A DNA stretch of 32,000 nt from positions 502,400 to 534,399 of the forward strand of contig NZ_BQXC01000001.1 in the NCBI RefSeq assembly GCF_022836435.1. Direction: 5' to 3'. The DNA is from Nitrosomonas sp. PY1. GTDB lineage: Bacteria > Pseudomonadota > Gammaproteobacteria > Burkholderiales > Nitrosomonadaceae. This document shows, piece by piece, positions 1-10,379 of the stretch. The notes beneath the pieces are model-generated. The model saw only the letters and a program-made list of their open reading frames with translations. It made no database searches and was not told where the DNA came from. The first letter of the stretch is position 1. Every line of letters starts with the position of its first letter. The position numbers and the translations under genes were made by a program.

Positions 1-61
1 TTCGAGGGGATCGGCTGTGTGAGATGGGATTGCCAATCACTGCGTACTGATCGAGCGTCAT
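1..61 (-). CDS. aroE: Shikimate dehydrogenase, 5' end only (gene continues off the left edge)
   Basis: The reverse complement of 1-61 reads ATG ACG CTC GAT CAG TAC GCA GTG ATT GGC AAT CCC ATC TCA CAC AGC CGA TCC CCT. This translates to MTLDQYAVIGNPISHSRSP, matching the conserved AroE N-terminus (YAV.GNPI.HS.SP). Its ATG overlaps the TAA of the upstream tonB-like ORF as TAATG. Confidence 0.75.
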   Translation of the reverse strand, partial: MTLDQYAVIGNPISHSRSPR

Positions 62-960
62 TATCGGCTGATTAATGTATCGGATGGAGCAAATACCCAT
101 GTGCGGGTAATATGTAAGATGTCGGTATCTTGACTAATATTGGGAGGGAACGGAGCGAAACCGTTTTGTCCAGATAATTTGACGATGTTAATGGCAGCAT
201 TATCAAGAATCTTTTTGCCGGAAGAGCGATTAATTTCAATACTTTCTAAGCTTCCATCTGCTCGAATGCTGACGGTAAGCTGTAAGTTTCCATATAATTT
301 TCCCTTCCTTGCTTCTTCTGGGTAATTTAAATTGCCTATCCGTTCAACTTTGATACGCCAGTCTTCGACATAGCGTGCAAATCGATATTCTTTAGTGCGT
401 GCACCGACAAATTTTCGTTTCGGTCGTTTTTGATATTCATCGTAATCTTGGTCAACTTGCGCTTTTAATCGGGCAATATCCAGGCTGCGCGATAATAATT
501 CATGGGCATCAATTGCACTCACTGGATCTGAAGTGTTATCCGGTTTATCTTTGGGTGACTCGATTGGTTTAATTTCTGGTTTGGTACTTACTGCTGCCAT
601 CAATTTTTTGGTTTCTTCCTCAAGTTGCTCCACTTTTTTCTGTGCGGCGGCTTCTTTGCTCAATGGCTTGTTTTTGGGAAGTATAGGGAATGGTGTTTTC
701 GCTTGCCGATTTTTATCAGTATTGCCACCGCCATCCAGATTATCTTGCGCAAGAAGCTGTGTTTTGGTGGGTTTGGTCGGTGTTTGCTTATTGACTAGTA
801 CGACTTCTAATGATGTACTGATTTTATTATGTAGTGGTTTTGGGAATTGAAAAGTCAACCCAACCAGAGCTATCAGATGTAAAAACAAAGAAATAGTCAT
901 GGCAGTCAATATGCGACTGTTTCTGAAGTATTCAGAGCTAACGGTTAGTACAGATTTCAT
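61..960 (-). CDS. TonB-family energy transducer
   Basis: 299 aa. It has an N-terminal membrane anchor (ILTAMTISLFLHLIALVGL) and a Pro/Lys-rich spacer (KQTPTKPTKT, PKNKP). The C-terminal block is TonB-C-like (YPEEARKGKLYGNLQLTVSIRADGSLESIEINRSSGKKILDNAAINIV). Confidence 0.8.
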   Translation of the reverse strand: MKSVLTVSSEYFRNSRILTAMTISLFLHLIALVGLTFQFPKPLHNKISTSLEVVLVNKQTPTKPTKTQLLAQDNLDGGGNTDKNRQAKTPFPILPKNKPLSKEAAAQKKVEQLEEETKKLMAAVSTKPEIKPIESPKDKPDNTSDPVSAIDAHELLSRSLDIARLKAQVDQDYDEYQKRPKRKFVGARTKEYRFARYVEDWRIKVERIGNLNYPEEARKGKLYGNLQLTVSIRADGSLESIEINRSSGKKILDNAAINIVKLSGQNGFAPFPPNISQDTDILHITRTWVFAPSDTLISR

Positions 961-1042
961 TTAATGTATGTGATAAATAAAAATCAGTGCTTAGGAAGAA
1001 AGTGATTGTAATAGATGATGAGCGTGTTATCTCATGAACAAT

Positions 1043-2896
1043 TCAAATATTAATTTTCTGAACAAATTCAGCATGAAGGCTTCGTTCAAGTAAATCGATC
1101 TTAGATAATTTAAGTTTGACATAAGAGCCAGGCATAATTTCGGGTAATGAAGCTATCCGAGTAATGAATGGAAGATGGTCAAATTTTACCAAATTTTCTT
1201 TAATGATCTGTGCATTGATGGTTTCCATGTTTTCTTGTAGCAACCAACGCAAGCACCAATATCGTTCCATAGTTCGTTGAAATTCATTATAAATTCCATA
1301 GCTTGTTTCGAAATCATTAATTGTCACACTAAGATTGGTATTTTCTTTATTGTAGAAGGGTGTTTCGTTACGCAATAGAGAGATAATTTGCCTCTGATTG
1401 ATTAAATCGACATAGCGCCTCATAGGAGAACTGCTCCAAGCGTATTGTGAAACACCCAATCCTTGATGTGGCGCAGGAGATGTACTCATTCTTACTTTGC
1501 TGTTGTTTTGGCTGCGAAAAATGCCCGTAATACCCGCATCACTGAGTAGCTTACCCCATTCGGTGTTAATATAAATCATCAGCTCAGATACTACTTTATC
1601 AATGGGAGAGCCTCTCCGGCGCTCGCTGATAGAGACACGATCATTTTGTATTTCAAAGCTATAATCGATCTTGTCATTATTTTCATTGGCTTTGCCACGC
1701 GAAGTTTCCATTTTGCAGGCAAATTTCCATAATAAAATTAATTCCGTGCTAAATGGGTGAAGAATTTCCCCTTTATTTAAGGCTGTTTCGTTAAATTGTG
1801 TTTCTAGTAGGTTGCTGCGTAAATTTGCGGTGACTTTTATTCTCTCTAGCTTGCTTTCACAGCTCACGATGCTAAAGTCATCCGATACATTAAGGTAAAG
1901 CGACACTACTGGGCGTAGTCGATTTTCGCAGAGCGTGAAATGATGGATGGTGCTATCGGGTAACATAGTGATTTTGTTACCTGGCAAATAAACTGTCGAT
2001 AGACGTGTTGCAGCCAATCTATCCAACGGAGACTCAGGTTCTATTCCAAGTGCTGGTGCGGCTATATGAATACCTATGCGGAGACTTCCAAAAGGCAGTT
2101 GGGTAATAGAAAAAGCATCATCAATTTCTGTTGTTGTCGCATCATCAATACTAAATGCAGTAACATCTGAAATAGGTAAGTGATTGAAATCATTGGTAAC
2201 ATCCTGAAAATGCAGATTCTTAAAATCAGTGCCGTCTGGATAATGTTCAAAAATAAATTGATTAAAGTGATAATCGTGTGTGGATGGAATCGCACCGCAT
2301 TTGTTCAGTAGCTCAAGTATTGTCAGTTTTGTTTCTAAGCTCACGACTTCAAGGGCTTTCCATTCGATCGAGTTTTTGTCAGGCTTGTACAACAAGCTGG
2401 TAATTTTTTGTTGAAACTCTTCTGGTAATGTAAAGCACCTGAGTTGTTTTTCGTAATACGCTTGCTGTTCTGCTTGTTGTCGTTTCTTTTCTTTACTGGC
2501 CAAGGCAGCTTTCAGGGCTTCAGGAGGAGCTGCCTTATAGCGTCCTGGGCCTTTTTTATAAAAATACATAGGCGCACTTTGAAGTAATAGCAGTGTTGCA
2601 GCCGATTCAAGTGCTGTCGGTGTATGGCCAAAGTATTCTGTGGCTAGGTCGGTATTGGAAAATTCGGCGTCTTGCTTACTGCACTCCCAGAGAAAACTCT
2701 CATCCAGTTCATCGGCTAATTTTTGTGCATTGTGCATAAACTCCGACAAGGAGGGTGTTTCAAACTGCAATAACACTGAATTTGCTTTAATTTTAGAGCG
2801 CTTGCCATGAATTGCTTCAACTTGTAGCGAAGAATTATTGTCGAGCAATACGGCGCCTACTTTGAAAGTGCCGGCTTCTTCATAAAAAACATTCAT
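1043..2896 (-). CDS. RNB-domain exoribonuclease (RNase II / VacB family)
   Basis: 617 aa with RNB catalytic signatures TTEIDDAFSI and SSPMRRYVDLINQRQ. Confidence 0.85.
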   Translation of the reverse strand: MNVFYEEAGTFKVGAVLLDNNSSLQVEAIHGKRSKIKANSVLLQFETPSLSEFMHNAQKLADELDESFLWECSKQDAEFSNTDLATEYFGHTPTALESAATLLLLQSAPMYFYKKGPGRYKAAPPEALKAALASKEKKRQQAEQQAYYEKQLRCFTLPEEFQQKITSLLYKPDKNSIEWKALEVVSLETKLTILELLNKCGAIPSTHDYHFNQFIFEHYPDGTDFKNLHFQDVTNDFNHLPISDVTAFSIDDATTTEIDDAFSITQLPFGSLRIGIHIAAPALGIEPESPLDRLAATRLSTVYLPGNKITMLPDSTIHHFTLCENRLRPVVSLYLNVSDDFSIVSCESKLERIKVTANLRSNLLETQFNETALNKGEILHPFSTELILLWKFACKMETSRGKANENNDKIDYSFEIQNDRVSISERRRGSPIDKVVSELMIYINTEWGKLLSDAGITGIFRSQNNSKVRMSTSPAPHQGLGVSQYAWSSSPMRRYVDLINQRQIISLLRNETPFYNKENTNLSVTINDFETSYGIYNEFQRTMERYWCLRWLLQENMETINAQIIKENLVKFDHLPFITRIASLPEIMPGSYVKLKLSKIDLLERSLHAEFVQKINI

Positions 2897-3118
2897 TGGG
2901 TTGTGTTTTTATAATTTCAGTCGAGTGATCGCAGGATCATTGTTGTTGGCGAACTACTGAGTACGATTATCAAATGAATTTCGGCACTCAATTCGGAAAT
3001 CGGTTTTGGCAATTAATCATGCCAATCAGTATTGCATTATATACGAGACAGAGATAAAGTTAAAAACTGAGTAGAAATGATTGGTGCGCGATCAATTTCC
3101 TATTGAGATGTAAATTAT

Positions 3119-5548
3119 TTACTGGAAATTTGCAATCAATGACGCTCTCACTAGAATAGGAGCGCCTGGAGAAATATTGAAATCGTTTTGTGCTGAAACA
3201 AAGTATTTAGTATCGAGTAAGTTTTCGATATTTAATTGTGCGCGGAAGCTTTTTGACAATTGCGCAAACAATGCGGCATCGACTCGCGTAAAGTCAGGTA
3301 ATTTCACTCTGTTTGTCAGGGAAGCATACATATCGCCGCGATAGATAACGCCAAATGCTGCGCCAATTCTCGGCGTGAAATCGTAGCGACTCCAGGCGGA
3401 AAAAGCATGGTGTGGAAGTTCGGCGACAGAAGCGCCTTTCTCGGCTACCCCATAAACATCGCTAGTGAGTTTCCCGGTTTGATAGGCGTAACCACTCATA
3501 ACACTAAGCTTGGGTGTGAGTTGACCCGTCAAAGTGACTTCAACGCCATGAGTGCGTTGGCCTTTAGATAGAAAACTTTGACCTCCGACGATTGAAGTGA
3601 TGACGTTGTTGCGATCTAGTTGGTAAACGGCTCCGGTCAGTGCCAAGTCAGGTCGGATATCCCATTTGACACCAGCTTCTAATGTGGTGAATTTTTCGGG
3701 TTTTAATGTTTCTACTGTGACATTGAGTGAAGTCAATTGATCTCCGGCTCGAGGTACGTAGGCTTGGCTGTAGCTGGCGTAGAATGAGATCGGATCGAAG
3801 GGTTTTAAAATAACCCCGAATCTAGGAGCTATCAGATTATCCTTACTTTTTAAGTGATCATGCAGACCATTCTTTTGCTGAAAATTGATATCGAACGAAT
3901 CGTAGCGCACACCTGCGATAACCTGTAATTGCGGGATAATTTCTATTTGATCTTGGATGTAAAGAGATGTGACATTCAAAACGCTGCGGTTGAATGCATC
4001 TACGTCACCGCCGGAATTTCGGTTACGGAAAAAAATCGGCACATGAGTCACCGAATTACTTAAAGGTACCAATATGCTAGTTGATGAATTATCTCTGCTG
4101 TTGAACAACCCGGTTTCACGTCGATTGTGTGTTTCTTGTCGACCAACTTCCACGCCGGCCATTAAGGTATGCGAAATGGGGCCGGTGTTCAGTGAATAGA
4201 GAAAGTTGGTTTGATTAAATACATTATCGCGCGTTGTCGCGTTATTGTAAGCGCTTATGGGAACAAATGAGGATGAGTTAAGACCACCGCTTGCAAATAC
4301 ATTTTGATAAAATTTGTCGTATGTTGTGTAATTGGTTCGGTTTTGTAGTGTGATTCCAGACTCAAATTTGTGTTCGATGAAGGAATTGAATGACAAGGCA
4401 TCAATATCGGCGCGACTACGTCTAGGATCGCCAAAAAATTGCGACCTGCGGACATCCACGGGGCCGGTAATTTCCCCAACACGACCGATAACCGATGTAA
4501 TGCCGCGATCAGCAACGCGATCATCGTGAAACCTTTCCATGCCGGCGACAACTTTAGTGCGATTTGTTGGCTTGAATGTAACAGTCGGTGAAATACCGTA
4601 TCGTTCCAAATGTACACCATCCCGAAAACTTCCTGTGTCTTCGTATACTGCATTTAGACGTAATGCAGCCTTATCATTAACGACATAACCGACATCGGTA
4701 GTCATACGCATATGATCGTATGATCCACCTTGGAATGAGAATTCTCTACTTGGACTCCAGTTGGCTTCCTTTATTATACGATTGACAACTCCACCGGATC
4801 CTCCACGACCAAAAATCATGCCATTGGCACCTTTTAATACTTCGACGCGATCAGTATTGTAGAGATCACGATAATACTCAGCATCGTCACGAATACCATC
4901 GATAAAAAAATCTCCAGTAGACCGATTACCACGAAAAACCAGTGCATCTCGATTACCTTCGCCTTGTGATACACCTACTCCTGGAACATACCGAGCTACA
5001 TCGCTCAAGCTGAGCATGGATTGATCTTTGATTAAATCTTTGGTAACTACCGAAATGGCTTGCGGTGTGTCACGCAGCAATGTATTGGTTTTTGTGGCCG
5101 AACTGGTGCTGGCGATTGCATAGCGATTGGTGTTATTTGCAGTAACTACAATAGAAGGTAGAGTAGTAACGGCTGGTTCGACCGGAGCATCGGATTTAAT
5201 TCGAATAGTATAGCGAAGACTATCATCGGCACTTTGAATAGCTTGTAAACCAGAGTCCGTTAGTAGCTGATCTAGCGCGGATTTGATATCGAAATTACCC
5301 TCCAATCCATATGTTACCTTACCTTCCAAGATTGCCGAATCAATATCGAGCTTGATATTGGCTTGTCGAGAAAATTGATTTAAAGCATCGCTTAAATAGC
5401 CTGCCGATATCTGGTATGTACGCGTCAGGTTTTTTTGTGCATCGGGTGTATCCGCACGTAAAGGATATGCTACTACCGCTATTGCTAAACTTAGAAAAAA
5501 TAAAATGTAACGAAACGAAACGTTATGGGTAGAGCTTAGCATAGTCAT
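3119..5548 (-). CDS. TonB-dependent siderophore-type receptor with N-terminal signalling (STN/FecA-like) extension
   Basis: 809 aa. A signal peptide (FFLSLAIAVVAYPLRA) is followed by an STN-like block (YQISAGYLSDALNQFSRQANIKLDIDSAILEGKVTYGLEGNFDIKSALDQLLTDSGLQ). Plug motifs are present (DTPQAISVVTKDLIKDQ, RYVPGV, ALVFRGN, FIDGIRDD), followed by a long beta-barrel region. Confidence 0.9.
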   Translation of the reverse strand: MTMLSSTHNVSFRYILFFLSLAIAVVAYPLRADTPDAQKNLTRTYQISAGYLSDALNQFSRQANIKLDIDSAILEGKVTYGLEGNFDIKSALDQLLTDSGLQAIQSADDSLRYTIRIKSDAPVEPAVTTLPSIVVTANNTNRYAIASTSSATKTNTLLRDTPQAISVVTKDLIKDQSMLSLSDVARYVPGVGVSQGEGNRDALVFRGNRSTGDFFIDGIRDDAEYYRDLYNTDRVEVLKGANGMIFGRGGSGGVVNRIIKEANWSPSREFSFQGGSYDHMRMTTDVGYVVNDKAALRLNAVYEDTGSFRDGVHLERYGISPTVTFKPTNRTKVVAGMERFHDDRVADRGITSVIGRVGEITGPVDVRRSQFFGDPRRSRADIDALSFNSFIEHKFESGITLQNRTNYTTYDKFYQNVFASGGLNSSSFVPISAYNNATTRDNVFNQTNFLYSLNTGPISHTLMAGVEVGRQETHNRRETGLFNSRDNSSTSILVPLSNSVTHVPIFFRNRNSGGDVDAFNRSVLNVTSLYIQDQIEIIPQLQVIAGVRYDSFDINFQQKNGLHDHLKSKDNLIAPRFGVILKPFDPISFYASYSQAYVPRAGDQLTSLNVTVETLKPEKFTTLEAGVKWDIRPDLALTGAVYQLDRNNVITSIVGGQSFLSKGQRTHGVEVTLTGQLTPKLSVMSGYAYQTGKLTSDVYGVAEKGASVAELPHHAFSAWSRYDFTPRIGAAFGVIYRGDMYASLTNRVKLPDFTRVDAALFAQLSKSFRAQLNIENLLDTKYFVSAQNDFNISPGAPILVRASLIANFQ

Positions 5549-5850
5549 GATGATTTTATTTTTTACTTCTACCCACTTTCTAGGCTCAAATATTAAATAC
5601 GAGCATCATTCAACAGTGCGAATCTTATGGAAAATAAATTCAAAAAACGATATCTTATTGATGGACGAGGAGAATGAAGTCTTGTTTTGGTAAATATCTT
5701 GAATATTTCTTCAAGTTTGATGAAAGTGGTATTAGAAAAAAACCATTAAAATAGAAAAGTACTTTACTTATGTATGAGCAGCAAACCCACAAACAGCGTG
5801 AAGATACGCGCTAAATTTAACACAAGTAAGGAAACATGTGTCAAATTTAA

Positions 5851-6078
5851 CTAAACGTATGTATCGCAGGCGCAAATTGAATGAGGTTGCATGTTATGCA
5901 GCAATTGCGATTTCTCAGATAAGGCTTCATCCAATACTTGCTTAGCATGACATGCGCATCGACCACATTGTTCTGTAACGCCCAGCGTGCTTTTCAAGTC
6001 CCGCATGCGATCAGCACCCTGATGAATTGCTTCACGTAATTTATTTTCAGTTACTCCTTTGCAAATACATACATACAT
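5851..6078 (-). CDS. bfd: Bacterioferritin-associated ferredoxin (BFD-like [2Fe-2S] protein)
   Basis: 75 aa, MYVCICKGVT...CGRCACHAK, showing the four-Cys BFD pattern at the typical size. Confidence 0.85.
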   Translation of the reverse strand: MYVCICKGVTENKLREAIHQGADRMRDLKSTLGVTEQCGRCACHAKQVLDEALSEKSQLLHNMQPHSICACDTYV

Positions 6079-6138
6079 AATATCTAGCGCTCCGCTATAA
6101 AAGCAGTTAAGAATAACCCCGATAAGCTTATTAATAAT

Positions 6139-6157
6139 GTTAATGAGAATAATTATT
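6139..6157 (-). promoter_or_regulatory. Candidate Fur box upstream of bfd
   Basis: gttaatgagaataattatt matches the 19-bp Fur consensus GATAATGATAATCATTATC at 15 of 19 positions by hand alignment. It lies about 60-80 nt upstream of the bfd start in an AT-rich spacer. Confidence 0.45.
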
Positions 6158-6353
6158 AATTATACTTATTTTTTTATAAAACGCAATAAAACTTTTCTAA
6201 TCTTTTTTGATAAGTGTCTTATTTAAGATAGATATTACGTGAAAGAACAAATAGGATGGTGATAAATTTTATAGTGGGTTATTTTTTTATCGAGATAATG
6301 GCAAGTTAAATTGATCTATGAGTTGCAAGAAATAAAGTTACCAGGCATAAGGT

Positions 6354-6632
6354 TTAATCTTTTGTTTGTGGGGCGATATAGCCGGCTGGTTGTTCTGCGC
6401 CGCTGCCAAAAAAGTGTGCTTCCATTTGTTCGGCTAAGTACTTCCTGGCTTTGATATCTGAAAGATTCAATCGATTTTCATTGACCAACATAGTTTGGTG
6501 TTGAATCCACTGATTCCAGGCTTCTTTGGACACGTTCTCATAAATTCGTTTGCCTAATTCACCGGGATATGTTTGATAGTCTAGGCCTTCTGCTTCTAGT
6601 TGAAGCTTGATGCATTTAACCATTCGAGTCAT
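6354..6632 (-). CDS. yggX: Fe(2+)-trafficking / oxidative-damage protection protein YggX
   Basis: 92 aa, [56 protein letters not shown]. This is the characteristic YggX sequence and length. Confidence 0.9.
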   Translation of the reverse strand: MTRMVKCIKLQLEAEGLDYQTYPGELGKRIYENVSKEAWNQWIQHQTMLVNENRLNLSDIKARKYLAEQMEAHFFGSGAEQPAGYIAPQTKD

Positions 6633-6713
6633 GCTTTACTCCATAAATTTTTTTACAGTAAGTAGTTTAGCAAAGTACTATAAAAAGCTATTGCTAAGTT
6701 AGCTGAAAAGATA

Positions 6714-8054
6714 TTACAGTTGCTTGCGGAACATCTTTGAGCGTCGCTGATAGTTATATAAGCTTTGTTTTGGTTTGGGCAACTCAGTCAGTGTAACTTC
6801 AGTGAAGCCGTGTTCAATAAACCAGTGTGTGGTTCGTGTTGTAAGTACAAAAAGTGTTTTTATACCTTGGGAAAGGGCTTTTGCTTCAATATATTTAAGT
6901 AGCCGGGTTCCGTGCCCAAAATCGCGATAATCGGGATGAATGGCTAAACATGCAAGCTCGCCCGCTTTTTCTTCAAGAAAAGGATACAACGCAGCGCATC
7001 CTAGAATTACACTATCATGCTCAAAAACACTGAATCGTTCGATCTCGACTTCAAGTAATTCTCGTCCGCGTCTGACCAAAATGCCTTCAGTCTCAAGCGG
7101 CTCGATTAATTGTAAAATCCCACCGACATCTTCAATCCTTGCTTCACGGAGCGATTGTAGAGTTTCTCTAGAAATCATTGTGCCAATGCCGTGATGTGTG
7201 AAAAGCTCTTGCAAGATCGCGCCATCAATATGGCGACTAATTAAATGTATGCGGTCAACGGAAGACTCACAGGCTTTAATGGCGCATTGGAGAAAAAGCC
7301 GGGCTTCTTCTGAAAATATAGTAGGTGACGATTTATCCTCAAGAAAAGCTTTGCTTTCTTTGACCGTTAATTCACGAGGTAATATGGATAAATTATCTGG
7401 ATCGCTTGTTTCTTTTGTAAGCGTATCCCAAAGAAAAATTAGCTTCTCAGCATGTAGTGCAATGGCTGTCTCTGTAGCTACATTTTCCATTGTCAAATTA
7501 AAAATTTCTCCAGTCGGTGAATATCCAAGTGGGGAAATGAGCACTACATTACCTTGTTCTAGACTTGCGTTAATGGCTTGTACATTAATTTTTCGTACCT
7601 TTCCGGTATGCAATAAATCAACGCCTTCAATAACACCATAGGGGCACGCAATAACAAAATTACCACTCGATACCCGAATAGCTGCATTTGCCATGGGTGA
7701 ATTGGGTAATCCCATCGATAGCAATGCGGCAATTTCATGGTGAATTCGTCCAGTTGATTCTTTGACGCATTGTAATGCGGCAGAATCGGTTACACGAATA
7801 TCCATGACAGTTTGCGTTTCCAATTGCGATTCATCGAGGCGTAATTGAATTTGCGGACGTGCACCATGTACTAAAACTAAGCGTACGCCAAGACTGGCAA
7901 GTAGATTAATATCGTGAATAAAGTGTACGAACTTTGTGTCGGTGATCATTTCTCCGTTAAATCCGATGATAAATACTTTTCCTCGGAAAGTATTGACATA
8001 GGGAGCAACGGAACGGAACCAGGAAACAAAGCTGGGAATGGTTGGAGTATTCAA
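6714..8054 (-). CDS. argA: Amino-acid N-acetyltransferase (N-acetylglutamate synthase)
   Basis: 446 aa. An N-terminal amino-acid-kinase-like domain (FVSWFRSVAPYVNTFRGKVFII, LVLVHGARPQI) is joined to a C-terminal GNAT domain (LACLAIHPDYRDFGHGTRLL). Confidence 0.9.
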   Translation of the reverse strand: MNTPTIPSFVSWFRSVAPYVNTFRGKVFIIGFNGEMITDTKFVHFIHDINLLASLGVRLVLVHGARPQIQLRLDESQLETQTVMDIRVTDSAALQCVKESTGRIHHEIAALLSMGLPNSPMANAAIRVSSGNFVIACPYGVIEGVDLLHTGKVRKINVQAINASLEQGNVVLISPLGYSPTGEIFNLTMENVATETAIALHAEKLIFLWDTLTKETSDPDNLSILPRELTVKESKAFLEDKSSPTIFSEEARLFLQCAIKACESSVDRIHLISRHIDGAILQELFTHHGIGTMISRETLQSLREARIEDVGGILQLIEPLETEGILVRRGRELLEVEIERFSVFEHDSVILGCAALYPFLEEKAGELACLAIHPDYRDFGHGTRLLKYIEAKALSQGIKTLFVLTTRTTHWFIEHGFTEVTLTELPKPKQSLYNYQRRSKMFRKQL

Positions 8055-8092
8055 ATTAATTCGAAGAACTTGGATAGAATTATTTCAGTTAA

Positions 8093-8839
8093 TCAAAAAT
8101 CACCCCATAATGTTTGTATCGCAGCAATAATAGCTAATCCTGCTGTCTCTGTGCGAAGTATTCGGCTTCCTAAGCGAATAGAAGTATACTCGCTATGCAG
8201 GATGGATAGTTCTTCCGTCTGCGAGAAACCACCTTCAGGACCGACCATAAGTGTAATACTGTCATGATTCACTGGTCTAGCAATATTTTTTAAATATTGC
8301 TTTGAGGTGGGTGATAGCATCAATCGCGTTTCTCGATCAGTGTGGATTAATTGTTTTTGGTTAAGCCATTTGGATAGAGAAATCAAAGGGAATATTTGTG
8401 GTAAGTGATTTCTTCCGCTTTGTTCGCAAGCTGAAATAATGATCTTTTCCCAATGTATCAGTCGTTTGCTAGCGCGTTCATTGGAGAGTTGTACGATACT
8501 GCGCTCGGTAGAAATAGGTTGGATACGATTAACACCTAGTTCTACAGCTTTTTGAATGATCCAATCCATTTTTTCGTTAGTGCATATTGCTTGAGCAAGC
8601 TCAATAACTACAGGAGACTCGCGTTCCTGTCTTAAAAAATTTTCAACAAGTACTTTAACATCCGAATTGTCAATAACTTGAATATGCGCTGAAAATTCAC
8701 CACCACGGCCATTAAATAAAGTTATCGAATCGCCTTTCTTTAATCGTAAGGTGCGCATCGCATGGTGTTTGTTTTCATGAGAGAGCGCAATGCACTGTCC
8801 AACAGTAATCTCGGCTGGATGATAAAAGCGTGCGTGCAT
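8093..8839 (-). CDS. rsmE: 16S rRNA (uracil1498-N3)-methyltransferase
   Basis: 248 aa with the RsmE pattern: MHARFY start, HHAMRTLRLKKGD, VGPEGGFSQTE, and LGSRILRTETA near the C-terminus. Confidence 0.9.
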   Translation of the reverse strand: MHARFYHPAEITVGQCIALSHENKHHAMRTLRLKKGDSITLFNGRGGEFSAHIQVIDNSDVKVLVENFLRQERESPVVIELAQAICTNEKMDWIIQKAVELGVNRIQPISTERSIVQLSNERASKRLIHWEKIIISACEQSGRNHLPQIFPLISLSKWLNQKQLIHTDRETRLMLSPTSKQYLKNIARPVNHDSITLMVGPEGGFSQTEELSILHSEYTSIRLGSRILRTETAGLAIIAAIQTLWGDF

Positions 8840-8992
8840 AGATACGTGAGTTCCTGGTCAATGACAAGATAATTTCGCTAAAGTGAGTCATGTTAATATA
8901 GCATGCTCAGTCTTTAACGTTGCTTGCACAAAGTACTTTGCGAGCAATTTTAGAAGATTTATACAAAAGCCAATGGAGGCAAGGGAGAAAGT

Positions 8993-9550
8993 ATGGCTAG
9001 TTTAGAAACGCCAGTTTGTGAATTCGGTTGGAAGGCGATTGATTTTGATTTATTGGGAGTTGATGGAAAGCGCTACAACTTGGCTTCTTGTAAAGGGAAG
9101 AATGGATTGCTGTTAATGTTTATTTGCAATCATTGCCCTTATGTAAAAGCTGTGCAAGATCGTATCATTCGTGATGTCAATGAATTGAAACCGCATGGTA
9201 TCAATACCATTGCAATTATGTCGAACGACTCTGAGAGTTATCCAGAAGATTCATTTCCAAACATGAAGCTGATCGCGGAAAAATTCAGCTATCCTTTTCC
9301 ATATGTTTGGGATGAAACACAAGAAGTCGCCAAACAATATGGCGCGGTATGCACGCCCGACTTTTTCGGTTTTAACAGTGATTTAGCATTGCAATACCAC
9401 GGACGATTAGATGCATCGCGCAAGGAAGCGGCACCGCCGGATGTGCAGCGCGATTTGTTTGAAGCAATGGTGCAAATTGCCAAAACGGGTCGCGGCCCGG
9501 AAGATCAGATTTCCAGTATTGGTTGTTCGATTAAGTGGCGTACGGAGTAA
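8993..9550 (+). CDS. Thioredoxin-fold redoxin (AhpC/TSA-like family)
   Basis: 185 aa with a CNHCPYV redox motif in a thioredoxin-fold context. AGGGAGAAAG lies just upstream of the ATG. Confidence 0.8.
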   Translation: MASLETPVCEFGWKAIDFDLLGVDGKRYNLASCKGKNGLLLMFICNHCPYVKAVQDRIIRDVNELKPHGINTIAIMSNDSESYPEDSFPNMKLIAEKFSYPFPYVWDETQEVAKQYGAVCTPDFFGFNSDLALQYHGRLDASRKEAAPPDVQRDLFEAMVQIAKTGRGPEDQISSIGCSIKWRTE

Positions 9551-9552
9551 AT

Positions 9553-10335
9553 GTGTTAGAAAAGGTTGTTGCGCTGGTTAAGGAAGTCGGGCAACAAGTG
9601 ATTATGCCGCGCTATTTAAAGGTCAGTCGACAGTATAAAGCTGATGGTAGTTTTTTTACCGAAGCCGATGTGGTTGCACAAACTGTTTTGTTCGATGAAT
9701 TGCGGAAAATTCATCCGGCGCCTTTGCTTGGCGAAGAAATGTCACGAGAAGAGCAAGAATTGCAGTGGATGCATGGTAATGAAGGTTTGTGGAGTGTGGA
9801 TCCGATTGATGGGACTTCAAATTTTTTCAATGGATTGCCCTATTTCGCTATTTCCGTTGCCTATTTAGTGCAAGGGAAGAGTATTTTGGGAGTGGTTTAT
9901 AATCCGGCCACACAGGAAATGTTTTATGCGCAAAAAGGTGGTGGCGCTTTTTTGAATGGTATACCGTTACCTATTAACAAGCATGTTCCAAGTTTATCCA
10001 ATGCTATGGCCAATATCGATTTGAAGCGCTTGGATCGAAAACTAGCGGCAACCGTTGCGACCTATCCACCCTATGCTTCGCAGCGCAACTACGGTGCTAG
10101 TACATTAGAGTGGTGCTATATCGCGGCAGGTTATTTTGATTTATATCTGCATGGTGGACAAAAGCCTTGGGATTATGCCGCCGGATCCTTGATACTTGAA
10201 GAGGCGGGAGGGAGCATGTGTGGATTTGATCATGAAGATTATTGGGCAGGCTCACCTTGGCGTCGTTCAGTGATTGCGGCTTTGGATGCCGGACTATTTA
10301 TACAATGGCGTGATTGGGTACATAAAAGTCGATAG
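9553..10335 (+). CDS. Inositol monophosphatase family protein
   Basis: Carries the WSVDPIDGTSNF and WDYAAG motifs. The ORF track starts at GTG 9535, overlapping the upstream gene. GTG 9553 is preferred because GGAG (9544-9547) sits 5 nt upstream of it. Confidence 0.85.
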   Translation: MLEKVVALVKEVGQQVIMPRYLKVSRQYKADGSFFTEADVVAQTVLFDELRKIHPAPLLGEEMSREEQELQWMHGNEGLWSVDPIDGTSNFFNGLPYFAISVAYLVQGKSILGVVYNPATQEMFYAQKGGGAFLNGIPLPINKHVPSLSNAMANIDLKRLDRKLAATVATYPPYASQRNYGASTLEWCYIAAGYFDLYLHGGQKPWDYAAGSLILEEAGGSMCGFDHEDYWAGSPWRRSVIAALDAGLFIQWRDWVHKSR

Positions 10336-10379
10336 ATACAAAATGGCGCGAAAGAACTTAACGCTGGATAGATTCTAAA

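Noticed and set aside
533-850. Antisense or shadow ORFs nested inside confident genes. Examples are 533-850(+), 4255-4653(-), 7198-7641(+), 19349-19726(-), 14800-15066(-), 24361-24585(-) and 28114-28572(+).
   Set aside because: Each lies entirely within a well-supported gene on the other strand or in another frame. Their composition is low-complexity or Cys/Ser/Arg-rich, typical of shadow frames, and none has an RBS or recognisable motifs.
5595-5613. Possible Fur box upstream of the TonB-dependent receptor (aaatacgagcatcattcaa).
   Set aside because: It matches only about 10 of 19 positions of the Fur consensus by hand alignment. That is not distinguishable from background in AT-rich DNA.
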